A stretch of 64,000 nucleotides of DNA from Kofleriaceae bacterium (GTDB taxonomy: Bacteria; Myxococcota_A; Polyangia; Haliangiales; Haliangiaceae). Within the stretch, counting starts at the first letter, position 1; every line of letters begins with the position of its first letter. The notes under the pieces were generated by a model. The model was not told the origin of the DNA. It worked only from the letters and a program-made list of their open reading frames with translations, and ran no database searches. The position numbers and the translations under genes were made by a program. The DNA is taken from NCBI GenBank assembly GCA_025357755.1, contig JANXOP010000049.1:32333-96332 (forward strand), in the 5' to 3' direction. Below, piece by piece: positions 18,054 to 29,594 of this stretch.

Positions 18054-19636
18054 TTACGCCATGAACAGAAGCTTGATGAGCGCCGTGAACATGATCCAGC
18101 CCAGCGCCGTGGGGAGCAGGACCTTCCAGCCGAGGTTCATCAGCTGATCCGCGCGGAAGCGGGGCAGCGTCCAGCGAACCATGAGCTGGAACCAGCACAA
18201 CAGGATCACCTTGAGACCGAACGCGGCGAACTGCAGCGCGACGACCGCGCCGTGCGGGAGGTGGAGGACCCAGCCGAGGTTGCCGACGCGGAAACCATCG
18301 GCATCGAGGAACGGCACCTGCCAGCCACCGAAGAATACGGTCGCGATGACCGACGCGATGAACACGACCTCGATGAACTCGGCGAGGAAGAAGATGCCCC
18401 AGCGCATGCCGGAGTACTCGACGAAGTAACCGATGATCTCGGGCTCGCCTTCCGGGATATCAAACGGTGCACGCTTGGTCTCGGCGATCGCGGCCGTGAA
18501 GAACAACACGAGACCGACTGGCTGCCACAACCAGAGCCAGTTGAGCGGATTCGAAGCCGACATCGTCTCGGTCGCGCCGTTCATGACGATCGCGCCGGGC
18601 TCGAGCGTGCCGCAGATCAGGAACACGCCAACGAGCGAGAGGCCCATCGACACTTCGTACGACATCATCTGCGACGAGCTGCGCAGGCCACCGAGGAGCG
18701 CCCACTTGTTGTAGGACGCCCAGCCGGCGATCGTGCCGCCGTAGTTCGCGAGCGTGAGCACCGCGAAGTAGAAGATCAGGCCGAAGTCGCACGAGAAGAC
18801 CTGCATCCGGATCGAATCCGCCGACAACGCCGCGGTCATCGTCGAAGGGTCGAGGACGTCGCGTACGACGTGAGGGTAGATCGTCGGGCCGAACGGGATG
18901 ATGCAGAACGCGATCAGCACCGGCGCGATCGCGATCAAAGGAGCGAGCGTGAACAAGCCCTTGTGGACGTTCGCCGGGATGAAGTCTTCCTTGAAGATCA
19001 TCTTCAGGGCGTCGGCGACGAAGTGCAGGATGCCCTTGAGCTTGATCGGGCCGATGTGGGCGCGATTCGGGCCGAGGCGATCCTGCATCATCGCGCTCTG
19101 GCGACGCTCGGCCCACGTGAGCAGCGACGCGAGCGGCATGATGAGGACGAGGATCAAGAAGACCCACTTGAGCGCGGCGTGATCGAGGACGCCGTAGATC
19201 AGCTCCGACCAGGCGTGGCGGACGTAGATCGTGCCGTCGGCGGTTGTCGAGTGAAAGCCGTATTCGCCGGCGGTCGCGAACTGGAAGCAGGACGGTGCCC
19301 CCGCGGTCTGCGGAATGGTGAAGGCCGGCGCGACGGTCTCGGTCGAATCGGACGATGCGTGACCGGGCGCGAACGACGTGCCCGGTGCGAACCGGACGAT
19401 GTCGCCCGGATGGATCGCGAGGCTGTTCGGCGTGAAGCCAGCATCGGTGCCGTTGATCGTGGTCGCGACGAAGTTGTTCTCGGTCGCGATGACCGGGCGC
19501 TCGCCCTTGGTGATCGGCTTGTCCGCTTGGGCCGGCTGGCCCTTGCCGATGCACGGCACGACCTTGACCGACGCAGGATCACCGCCGCCGCGGCAGGCCG
19601 CCGCCAACGCGAGCAGAAAGATAACTACACCACGCA

Positions 19637-19637
<1 letters not shown>
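18054..19637 (-). CDS. nuoH: NADH-quinone oxidoreductase subunit H fused to an N-terminal lipoprotein signal and a ~140-aa cupredoxin-like domain
   Basis: NuoH core starts near TWAERRQSAMMQDRLGPNR (residue ~175). No ATG/GTG/TTG lies just upstream of the core. ATG 19637 (MRGVVIFLLALAAAC) overlaps the nuoG stop (ATGA). Confidence 0.85.
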
Positions 19638-21255
<1,618 letters not shown>

Positions 21256-21259
<4 letters not shown>

Positions 21260-22518
21260 TTGTCGCACTCTCCACCGATCATATTGATCATGCCGAAGAT
21301 CGGCACGATGTCCGCGATGAAGTGACCCTTGAACAACATCTCCGCGGTCGAGAGATGCACGAACGCAGGGGAGCGGCAGTACGCCTTGTACGGGCGACCG
21401 GTGCCGTCGGCGACGATGAAGAAGCCGAGCTCGCCATTGCCGCCCTCGACGAACGAGTAGGCCTCGCCGGCGGGGACGCGCACGCCATCCATGATGTGCT
21501 TGAAGTGACGGATCATCGATTCGATCGTGTTGTACGTCGCGGCCTTCGGCGGCAACGCGACACGATGATCGTCCGACATGACCGGACCCTCGGGGAGCTG
21601 TACGAGACACTGCCGCAGCATCCGCATGCTCTGCTTGAGCTCTTCGAGCCGGACCAGATAGCGATCGTAACAATCACCGGTGGTGCCGAGCGGCACGTCG
21701 AACTCGAGCTCGGGATAGATCGAGTACGGGAAATCGCGGCGGACGTCGTAGTCGACGCCCGCCGAGCGCCCGATCGGGCCGACGCAGCCGGTGCGGATCG
21801 CGTCTTCCTTGGTGATCGCGCCGATGCCGGCCATCCGGTCGCGAAAGATCTTGTTGTTGCTCAACAGGTTCTCGCACTCGGTCATCACCTCGGCGGTGCG
21901 ATCGAGCAGGAGCGTGAGCTCGGGGCCGAAGTTCTCCGGCAGGTCCTTCGAGACGCCACCGATGCGGACGTAGCTATGCGTGAGGCGCGCACCCGAGACC
22001 TTCTCGAGCAGCTCGTACGCCCACTCGCGCGCCTTCAACAGATAGAGGAACGGCGTGAACGCGCCGAGCTCCATCGCGGAAGCGCCGACACACGTGAGGT
22101 GGTCGGTGATCCGCGACAGCTCGCTGACGATCACGCGGATGTACTCCGCGCGTCGCGGGATCTTGGTGGTGAGCCCCATCAACTTCTCGCAGGCCATCGC
22201 CCAGCCGCAGTTGTTGATCATCGGCGAGACGTAGTTGAGGCGGTCCGTGTACGGGAACACCTGCGTGTACGTCGCGTACTCGGCTTCCTTCTCGAAGCAA
22301 CGGTGGAGATACCCGGGCTGCACGTCGCCCTTGATGATCTTCTCGCCATCGACAGTGAGCACGATGCGCACGGTGCCATGCATCGCGGGATGCGACGGGC
22401 CCATGTTCACGGTCATCAGGTCGGGCGGCAGCTCCTGCTCGGTATCCGAGAGGTCCTGCACGTCCTTGCGACCGAGCACCAGCTGTTTCAACGTATGCGC
22501 GTCACCAGCTAGCGCCAT
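21256..22518 (-). CDS. nuoD: NADH-quinone oxidoreductase subunit D
   Basis: MTVNMGPSHPAMHGTVRIVL, LHRCFEK, DRLNYVSP, C-terminal IPIFGMINMIGGECDK. ATG 22518 overlaps the nuoC stop by 1 nt (TAATG). Confidence 0.95.
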
Positions 22519-23084
22519 TACTTGTGCTCCCCGGCGTGCGGCGCCTTGATCGGGTTGATGTTGAGATCGTCGCGACGCACGAGCGGCTGACGCTTGTCCT
22601 TCGGATAGTCCTTGCGGAGCGGATAGCCGACGAACTCTTCGTACAGATAGATCCGGCGCAAATCCGGGTGACCGTCGAAGCGGATGCCGTACATGTCGAA
22701 GGTCTCGCGCTCCTGCCAGTTGAACGCGGGCCACACGTCGGCGAGCGACGGACAGCGCGCATCGCTCTCCGGCAGCTCGATGCTGAGCCGGAGGCGGTGC
22801 TTGTGCGTGACCGAACGCAGCTGGTACGAGACCGTGTAGCGCGGCTTGCTCTCGTTCCAGGCTTCGCTCGGCGGACGACCTTGCGGCTTCCAGTCGATCC
22901 AATCGGTGCAGGTGCAGAACACCGGTGCATCGAACAGGGTCTTCGGATCATCGCGGAGCCACTTGGCAACCGCGACGAGCTCGTCGCGCTTGATCCATGC
23001 GGTCTCGTCGCCGTGAGCGGAGCTGGTGCGTACGACCGCGCCAGGCATTGCGGCCATCAGTGCGTCGAGGGCTTTTTGCGACAT
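22518..23084 (-). CDS. nuoC: NADH-quinone oxidoreductase subunit C
   Basis: MSQKALDAL... start at 23084 with GAGGAG 7 nt upstream. WPAFNWQERETFDMYGIRFDGHPDLRRI is the NuoC signature. Confidence 0.9.
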   Translation of the reverse strand: MSQKALDALMAAMPGAVVRTSSAHGDETAWIKRDELVAVAKWLRDDPKTLFDAPVFCTCTDWIDWKPQGRPPSEAWNESKPRYTVSYQLRSVTHKHRLRLSIELPESDARCPSLADVWPAFNWQERETFDMYGIRFDGHPDLRRIYLYEEFVGYPLRKDYPKDKRQPLVRRDDLNINPIKAPHAGEHK

Positions 23085-23101
23085 CGCTAGATACTCCTCG
23101 C

Positions 23102-23641
23102 CTACTCTTCGTTTTTCTGGGCGATCATTTGCTCGCGCTTCAAGCGGAGCTGGCTGTGACCGCGACCGTCTTGGATCCGATCCATCAGCATCATCAAAGC
23201 GTCGAGCACTTGCTCGGGACGTGGCGGGCAACCCGGGATGTAGACATCGACCGGGATGACCTGATCCGCGCCAGGCATCGCGTGATAGTTCTGATAGAAG
23301 CCGCCGGTCGACGCACACACGCCGAACGCGATCACCCACTTGGGCTCGGCCATCTGATCGAACACGCGCTTCAACGCCGGACCCTGCTTCTCGGTGACCG
23401 TGCCGACGATCATCAGCAGGTCGGACTGGCGCGGCGAGAACCGCGGGAACTCCGCACCGAACCGCGCGATGTCGTACTTCGGCGCGGCGACCGACATGAA
23501 CTCCATGCCGCAACACGCCGTGACGAACGGATACGTGAACAACGAGAACTTGCGACCCCAGTCGGGGACCCGCGAGAGCTGGCTACTCTTAGCCCACTTC
23601 GCGGCATCTTCGAGACGGGTCGTGGTGAGCTCTACTCCCAT
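23102..23641 (-). CDS. nuoB: NADH-quinone oxidoreductase subunit B
   Basis: FVTACCGMEFM, GVCASTGG and IPGCPPRP provide the N2 cluster cysteines. ATG 23641 overlaps the nuoA 3' end by 10 nt. Confidence 0.95.
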   Translation of the reverse strand: MGVELTTTRLEDAAKWAKSSQLSRVPDWGRKFSLFTYPFVTACCGMEFMSVAAPKYDIARFGAEFPRFSPRQSDLLMIVGTVTEKQGPALKRVFDQMAEPKWVIAFGVCASTGGFYQNYHAMPGADQVIPVDVYIPGCPPRPEQVLDALMMLMDRIQDGRGHSQLRLKREQMIAQKNEE

Positions 23642-24009
23642 CCGATTGCCTTCTTTCGCCAGACGTACGCCAGCGCGACGACGAGGATCGCGACGAACAG
23701 CAACATCTCGGCGAAGCCGAACACGCTGATCATCGGGAGACCTGCGGGTCCGATGGTGTGCGAGAGGTTGTTGTAGAGGACCGCCCACGGGTACATGAAC
23801 GCGGCCTCGATATCGAACACGAGGAACAAGATCGCGACTTGGTAGAACCGCACCGAGTAACGTCCTCGTGGCGATCCGATCGGCTCAGATCCGCATTCGA
23901 ACGGCTTGAGCTTCTCGGGGTTGGAGGCCTTTGGGCCGATCAACACTGCGAGCGCAGTGAAGAGGCCGCAAAACGCCAGGGCGAGAACGATGGCCACTCC
24001 GGCCGGCAT
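23632..24009 (-). CDS. nuoA: NADH-quinone oxidoreductase subunit A
   Basis: KLKPFECGSEPIGSPRGRYSVRFYQVAILFLVFDIEAAFMYPWA is the NuoA signature. ATG 24009 preferred; TTG 24027 is possible. Confidence 0.9.
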   Translation of the reverse strand: MPAGVAIVLALAFCGLFTALAVLIGPKASNPEKLKPFECGSEPIGSPRGRYSVRFYQVAILFLVFDIEAAFMYPWAVLYNNLSHTIGPAGLPMISVFGFAEMLLFVAILVVALAYVWRKKAIGWE

Positions 24010-24084
24010 GTACGCCTGTAGCTGCAAAGCGAGCGCAGTATATGGCGGCCACCTCGCGGGTCAATCTGAGGGGGCGCGGTTTTT

Positions 24085-24113
24085 CGAGGGTGATCGAGCG
24101 GTTACCACCCTCG
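24085..24113. promoter_or_regulatory. 8-bp inverted repeat in the nuoA / lipoprotein divergent spacer
   Basis: CGAGGGTG-N13-CACCCTCG, immediately upstream of the 24115 ORF. Function unknown. Confidence 0.2.
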
Positions 24114-24114
24114 C

Positions 24115-24867
24115 GTGGTAGCCTTCCATACCGTGCGTGGCCTGGCCTCGATGGTTGCACTGCTGGGATGCGCCGCCTGCGGCCGAGGTTTCTTCAACCC
24201 GGATCCTCAGTTCCAGGATGCCGCGGTCGCGGGCAGCGACACAACGTCGCAGGGGCCGCCGATCCAGTTTGCGCAAGCCGCGTTCGCAAATGGCAGCGCG
24301 ACGCAGGAGATCTTCGTGTTCTTGCCGTTGGCCCAGCACGCCGGGGCCACGCTCGTGGTCGCGGCGACGTGGGACGCGTCCTCGATCTCGGGCGTCAGCG
24401 ACCAGCTAGGCGACTCGTTCCAGGCGGCGATCGGCCCGCTCATCACCTCCAACGGCCATCAGCTCGAGATCTTCTACGCGAGCAACGTGCTCGCCTCGGC
24501 CTCGGGACAGAACGTCGTCGTCATTGCGTGCTCCGGGCTCGCCAACATGGCCGCGACGGTCGTCGAGTACACCAACGTCGATCGGGTGCAACCCCTCGAC
24601 GCTGCGGTCGGCAAGATCGGCGCGAACGGTGGAGTGCCGTCGAGTGGCATCCTCCACGCCAGCTATGACGGCGAGCTGCTCGTCGGCGCGGTCACGTCGG
24701 AGAGCACGCTCGGTTCGCTTCCCGGCTATTCGCTACGCCAGCAAGCGAACACCTTCCTGTTCGCGGATCTCCAGGCGCCCACGAGCGGCGACTACGCCGC
24801 GATCGCCGACGAGCCCTCGAGCAGCAACTGGATCGTGACACTCGTCGGACTCCGTCGCGCGAACTGA
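24115..24867 (+). CDS. Hypothetical lipoprotein
   Basis: GTG 24115, or GTG 24133 giving (M)RGLASMVALLGCAAC with lipobox LLGC. Gly/Ser/Ala-rich beta-type sequence. No family recognised. Confidence 0.5.
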   Translation: MVAFHTVRGLASMVALLGCAACGRGFFNPDPQFQDAAVAGSDTTSQGPPIQFAQAAFANGSATQEIFVFLPLAQHAGATLVVAATWDASSISGVSDQLGDSFQAAIGPLITSNGHQLEIFYASNVLASASGQNVVVIACSGLANMAATVVEYTNVDRVQPLDAAVGKIGANGGVPSSGILHASYDGELLVGAVTSESTLGSLPGYSLRQQANTFLFADLQAPTSGDYAAIADEPSSSNWIVTLVGLRRAN

Positions 24868-24892
24868 CTCGTCATCGGGTCGCGAAACGCTA

Positions 24893-25402
24893 CTAGAGGT
24901 TCGCTTGCGCGTTGCGCAGAGCGTCTTCGAGCGCGGCGATCATCTCTTCGTTCGTGTCGACGAGGTAGATGGTCTCCGGGTTCGGGCGACGATGCGCGCG
25001 AACTTCTTCGACGATCGCGCGCGCCGCTTCATCGATCGGCACGCTGCCGAGGTCAGTGCCGATGCCGGGGATCGCGATGACCTTGAAGTTGTTCCGGTCC
25101 GCGGCGATCAGCGCCGCGCGCGCTGCGCGCCGAACATTCTCGGCACCGATCATCATGCCGGGCTCCTCCATCGTCGGAACGTGGATGACGTTCTTCGCGG
25201 GGAGTTGACCCGCGGTGGTCACCAAGGCGGCGCCGACCGCGATCGGCGCGGCGGCCATTGCGGCCTGCTGGATCACGTCGCCCCCTTGGCGACGCAGCGT
25301 TCCACCAATCCCGCCACCCATGATGCCCAGCGAGTTCGCGGGGTTAACCACGGCGTCTACGGGCAATGTCCAAAGCTCTGCCTTAGCGACGTGAACCTGC
25401 AT
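24893..25402 (-). CDS. Macro domain protein (ADP-ribose binding / deacylase type)
   Basis: VDAVVNPANSLGIMGGGIGGTLRRQGG...ALVTTAG...VIHVPT...IAIPGIGTDLGSVP are the canonical macro domain motifs. ATG 25402 preferred over TTG 25441. Confidence 0.8.
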   Translation of the reverse strand: MQVHVAKAELWTLPVDAVVNPANSLGIMGGGIGGTLRRQGGDVIQQAAMAAAPIAVGAALVTTAGQLPAKNVIHVPTMEEPGMMIGAENVRRAARAALIAADRNNFKVIAIPGIGTDLGSVPIDEAARAIVEEVRAHRRPNPETIYLVDTNEEMIAALEDALRNAQANL

Positions 25403-25447
25403 GCGGGCTTCGCCGTACCATGGCCAAGCCCGCGAATTCAAGACAAG

Positions 25448-25936
<489 letters not shown>

Positions 25937-26000
25937 GTGTCAGTTCCTCTATTCTGTGTCCAGCCAAGAGCAATGCTGGTGCCAGCTGTAGGGTGACCCC

Positions 26001-26020
26001 AAGAATCCAGAAGGATTCTT
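26001..26020. promoter_or_regulatory. Perfect palindrome AAGAATCC-AGAA-GGATTCTT upstream of cdnL
   Basis: 8-bp arms with a 4-nt spacer, 65-84 nt upstream of the cdnL ATG, in an AT-richer 306-nt divergent spacer. Candidate operator or 5'-UTR hairpin. Confidence 0.25.
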
Positions 26021-26242
26021 CGAGCTTGGTTCGCTTATCGAGACATCTTGATAGCTGTCCAGCTGCGCCAGGGTGTCACACTTTTTCACGCCCACCCCAA
26101 CCGGGGCCCCACCGGGAACGGAAGATAGCAGCCGCTCGCCGATGATCCACCACAATCGGTCCTCTTACCTCCTGGCGGGTTGCGTGGTCGGCGTTGCGGC
26201 GTACGCGATTTCAGGTGGTTGCGGTGATACGCTTTTCCTCGA

Positions 26243-27760
26243 GTGAGGGGTTCCATCGGCCAGCTCTTGATCTCGCACGGCGTGATCGACGCCGGTGGCT
26301 TGTCGGATGCCTTGGCGCGGCAGAGCGGCCGCCACCCGGTCGCCTCGGAGCTCTACGCTCTCGGTTACGCGTCCGAGCGCCAGCTCTGCACCGCGCTCGC
26401 GATCCAATCCGGCTGGCCCGCGATCGTACTCGACGAGTCTGCGATCCAGCTCGACGTCCTCCAGCACGTGTCGATCGAGTGGGCGCGGATCTTCAACGCG
26501 CTCGTCGTCTACGAAGATGATCGCACGCTGGTCGTCGCGGCGGCTCGTCCCGAGGATGCGATCGTGCCATCGCGCGAGCTCGGCGCGGCACGCGGCAAGA
26601 ACGTCGAGCTCCGGATCGCGCTCGACATCACGCTCGCACGCACGATCCGCCAAGCGTTTCGGCGCTGGCGCGCGGGTCACGCGTATCTGACGGGCCCCGA
26701 GGCCGAACATCCGGGGCCGTACCTCGCCGTCGTCCACCCCGGAGGCGAGCACACGACGAACGAAGAAGCGCAGCGCCTCGCGCAGCGCGCGCTTGCCGAG
26801 GATGCGGCGCGCCAGATCGAGAGCGAGGCCGAGCTCCCGTCGGAAGACAGCGGGCTCGCGAGCTCGACGCTGACCGGCGATTGGCACGTCAACACGGTCA
26901 CGACGACCGAGGACGGCGATCCGATCGACATGGAGCGGACCGCGATCATCACCGCCGAGCTCGAGCGCGGCGATCGGCCGACGCCGCAAGCGACGACGAA
27001 GATGCGTGCGCTCGTCGTCGATCCGGATCCACCAGGACGGATCCAGCTGGTATCCGAGCTCGAGAAACTCGGGTGGGAATGCCAGGCCGTCTCGACGGGC
27101 ACGCACGCCGTCGAGCTGATGTCGCATCTCTACTTCGACATGGTGTTCGCGGATGTCGCGGCGCCCGAGATCGACGGCTTGAAGCTGTGTCGCGCGATCA
27201 AGAAGAGCAAGCGGCTCGAGGTGACGCGCGTGATCGTGACGACCTCGGTCATCGATTCGGGGCAGGTCCCCGAGGACGTGCTGCAGAGTCATGCGGCCGA
27301 CGGATATCTCGAGAAGCCGATCGATGCGCGCCGGCTGCATCGGATGATTCGCGAGCTGTCGCCCGAAGATCGGCTCGATCACGAGGTCGTGTTGAGCGAG
27401 GCGATCAGCCGCTACCACGGTGGCGATATCGATGGCGCGATCCAGCGGTTGCGCGGCGCGCTGGTCACCGATCCTTCGAGTCCGAAGCTCCACTTCATGC
27501 TCGCGAACATGCTGCAGCGCGCCTCGCGCTTCGCCGAGGCGGTCGACGAGTACGAATCGACCGTCGAGCTCCAGCCGCAGTACTTCCCGGCGCTGACCCG
27601 GCTCGCCTACCTCTACTTTCGGCAGGGCCTGCACGCGCGCGCGGTCGAGACCTGGCGCCGCGCCCTGCCGGTGTGTGAAGACCCGAACCTGCGCCGCAAC
27701 ATCGAGTTGTTCATGCGCAAGCTCGTCGCGGACATGTCGAAGAGCGATGGTCTGAGTTAG
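26243..27760 (+). CDS. MshEN (T2SS-E N-terminal, c-di-GMP-binding type) - receiver - TPR protein
   Basis: N-terminus SIGQLLISHGVIDAGGLSDALARQ + 5-aa spacer + VASELYALGYASERQLCTALAIQ fits the tandem 24-residue MshEN motif. REC: ALVVDPDP...MVFADVAAPEIDG...YLEKP. C-terminal TPRs. GTG start. Confidence 0.7.
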   Translation: MRGSIGQLLISHGVIDAGGLSDALARQSGRHPVASELYALGYASERQLCTALAIQSGWPAIVLDESAIQLDVLQHVSIEWARIFNALVVYEDDRTLVVAAARPEDAIVPSRELGAARGKNVELRIALDITLARTIRQAFRRWRAGHAYLTGPEAEHPGPYLAVVHPGGEHTTNEEAQRLAQRALAEDAARQIESEAELPSEDSGLASSTLTGDWHVNTVTTTEDGDPIDMERTAIITAELERGDRPTPQATTKMRALVVDPDPPGRIQLVSELEKLGWECQAVSTGTHAVELMSHLYFDMVFADVAAPEIDGLKLCRAIKKSKRLEVTRVIVTTSVIDSGQVPEDVLQSHAADGYLEKPIDARRLHRMIRELSPEDRLDHEVVLSEAISRYHGGDIDGAIQRLRGALVTDPSSPKLHFMLANMLQRASRFAEAVDEYESTVELQPQYFPALTRLAYLYFRQGLHARAVETWRRALPVCEDPNLRRNIELFMRKLVADMSKSDGLS

Positions 27761-27772
27761 ATTTCGCGGCAC

Positions 27773-28603
27773 ATGCCCGCGCCGCGCATCCGCTACGTGA
27801 TCTTGGATTTCGATGGCACCTGCACGCAGGTCGACAAGATCCAGGCATCGTTCCTCGACGATTATCGCCGAGCCGTCGGTGTCGAGATCGAGGACTGGAA
27901 CCGCGCGAAGGCGACGCTGACCAAGGCGTCGCCGACGGCCGGCTGGACGCTGATGAACGCGCCCTCGACGGCACCGGCCGCGGCCGATCCGTACATCCTC
28001 GCAGGCGAAGCCGCTGCGTTGCTGTATCGCGAGAAGGGTAAGCCGGCGCCCGACGTGTTCCGCGCGGTCTACGACAAGAACGTCGCGCCGTTTCGACCCG
28101 AGCTCCACGACGTGATCGAAGCGCTGCTCCAGAAGAAGGTCCGCGTCGCGTTCATCTCGAACTCCGATGGCCTCGGGATCAAGAATCGAATCGGCGATCT
28201 GTTTCACCGGACGTCGGGTCGGCGCGATGCGATTGCCGTGTTCGGAAATGCCCAGAAGTTTCTCGTCAAGGAGCCGCTCGTCGATGCGAAGCTGACCGCC
28301 GAGCAGCGGGCGCGGTTCGACAAGCTCGAGGTCGGAGTGCGCCTGCCCGAGCTCGACCGTCCGGTGTACCTGCGGCGTGGCGCGTACTACGAGGCGCTGT
28401 GCGCGACGACGTTTCCGCTCGAGCAAACGCTGGTGTGCGGCGATATCTGGGAGCTCGATCTAGCGTTGCCTGCCGCGCTCGGTGCGCACGTCCACCTGAT
28501 CGAGCGCGCCGCGCCGTTCGAGACGTATCGTTACGAGCGCGAGCGCCTCGCGAAGGGGCAGAGCAGTCCCACGCTCAAGGGCCTGCTCAAGCGCCTCGGG
28601 TAG
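27773..28603 (+). CDS. HAD superfamily hydrolase
   Basis: VILDFDGTCT (motif I), AFISNS (motif II), VCGDIWELD (motif IV). Confidence 0.7.
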   Translation: MPAPRIRYVILDFDGTCTQVDKIQASFLDDYRRAVGVEIEDWNRAKATLTKASPTAGWTLMNAPSTAPAAADPYILAGEAAALLYREKGKPAPDVFRAVYDKNVAPFRPELHDVIEALLQKKVRVAFISNSDGLGIKNRIGDLFHRTSGRRDAIAVFGNAQKFLVKEPLVDAKLTAEQRARFDKLEVGVRLPELDRPVYLRRGAYYEALCATTFPLEQTLVCGDIWELDLALPAALGAHVHLIERAAPFETYRYERERLAKGQSSPTLKGLLKRLG

Positions 28604-28604
28604 G

Positions 28605-28652
28605 CACGCTCACGCTCACGCTCACACTCGCGCCCACGCCCACGCTCACGTT
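28605..28652. repeat. Imperfect hexanucleotide microsatellite (CACGCT)n, 8 units
   Basis: CACGCT CACGCT CACGCT CACACT CGCGCC CACGCC CACGCT CACGTT, read directly. It starts 1 nt after the HAD stop, in a convergent intergenic spacer. Confidence 0.8.
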
Positions 28653-28674
28653 CTTCGCTCACTACGCATCGAGA

Positions 28675-29565
28675 TCAGCCGATTCGCTTGCCGTCGGGGG
28701 CCCACTGATAGAAGCCTTCGCCGGACTTCTTGCCGAGCTTCTTCGCGGCCACCTTGTCGATCAAGATCTGCGGCGGGGTGAAGCCCGGGCCGAGCACGGT
28801 CGTGAGGTACTGCGCGATGCCGAGGCGGACATCGAGGCCGACGAGGTCGGTGAGCTCGAGCGGCCCCATCGGGTGACCGTAGCCGAGCTTCATCGCGGTA
28901 TCGATATCGGCGGCTGATGCGACCCCTTGCTCGAACATCCGCATCGCCTCGAGGCCGATCACGAGCCCGAGCCGGCTCGATGCGAAGCCGGGCGAATCGG
29001 CGACAGTGATCGGCGTCTTGCCGAACTTCTCGACGAGCGCGACCGCGAGCGCGACCGCTTCCGGGTGGACTCTCGGGTGGCGCACGACCTCGACGAGCTT
29101 CATCACGTGGACGGGATTGAAGAAGTGCATGCCGACGAGGCGAGCGGGATCCGCGAGGCCGTTCGCGATGTCTGCGATCGGCAGCGACGAGGTATTGGTG
29201 GCAAACAAGGCGTGGTCAAGCGCGACCCGATCGACGATGCCGAAGATCTCGCGCTTGAGCCCCAGGATCTCGGGCACCGCTTCGATCACGACCTCCACGT
29301 CCTCGACGACCGCCTCGAGATCCTCGAACGCGCTGAGACGCGCGAGCGTGGCATCGCGCGCCTCGGGCGTGACCTTCCCGAGCTCGACGCCCTTCGCGAG
29401 ATTCTTCGCGATCTTCGCGATCGCACCCGTGGCGGCGCCGGCGACCTTGTCCTGGATCCGCACCGCGATGCCGGCCTGTGCGGCGACATGCGCGATCCCG
29501 TGACCCATCGTGCCTGCGCCGATCACGGCGATCGTGCGAACTTGATCGAGAGTGGGGAGTGTCAC
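28675..29565 (-). CDS. 3-hydroxyacyl-CoA (3-hydroxybutyryl-CoA) dehydrogenase
   Basis: IAVIGAGTMGHGIAHVAA (NAD fold), NTSSL, HFFNPV, SPGFASSRL, GYGHPMGPLELTDLVGLD. GTG start at 29565. Confidence 0.9.
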   Translation of the reverse strand: MTLPTLDQVRTIAVIGAGTMGHGIAHVAAQAGIAVRIQDKVAGAATGAIAKIAKNLAKGVELGKVTPEARDATLARLSAFEDLEAVVEDVEVVIEAVPEILGLKREIFGIVDRVALDHALFATNTSSLPIADIANGLADPARLVGMHFFNPVHVMKLVEVVRHPRVHPEAVALAVALVEKFGKTPITVADSPGFASSRLGLVIGLEAMRMFEQGVASAADIDTAMKLGYGHPMGPLELTDLVGLDVRLGIAQYLTTVLGPGFTPPQILIDKVAAKKLGKKSGEGFYQWAPDGKRIG

Positions 29566-29594
29566 CGCGCGACCATACTTGGTACGGTTTACGG

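Noticed and set aside
28605-28652. Possible CRISPR array or coding LTLTLT repeat
   Set aside because: The unit is only 6 nt with no spacers. The ORF that would translate it (28399-28917) is otherwise Arg-rich noise overlapping the dehydrogenase gene.
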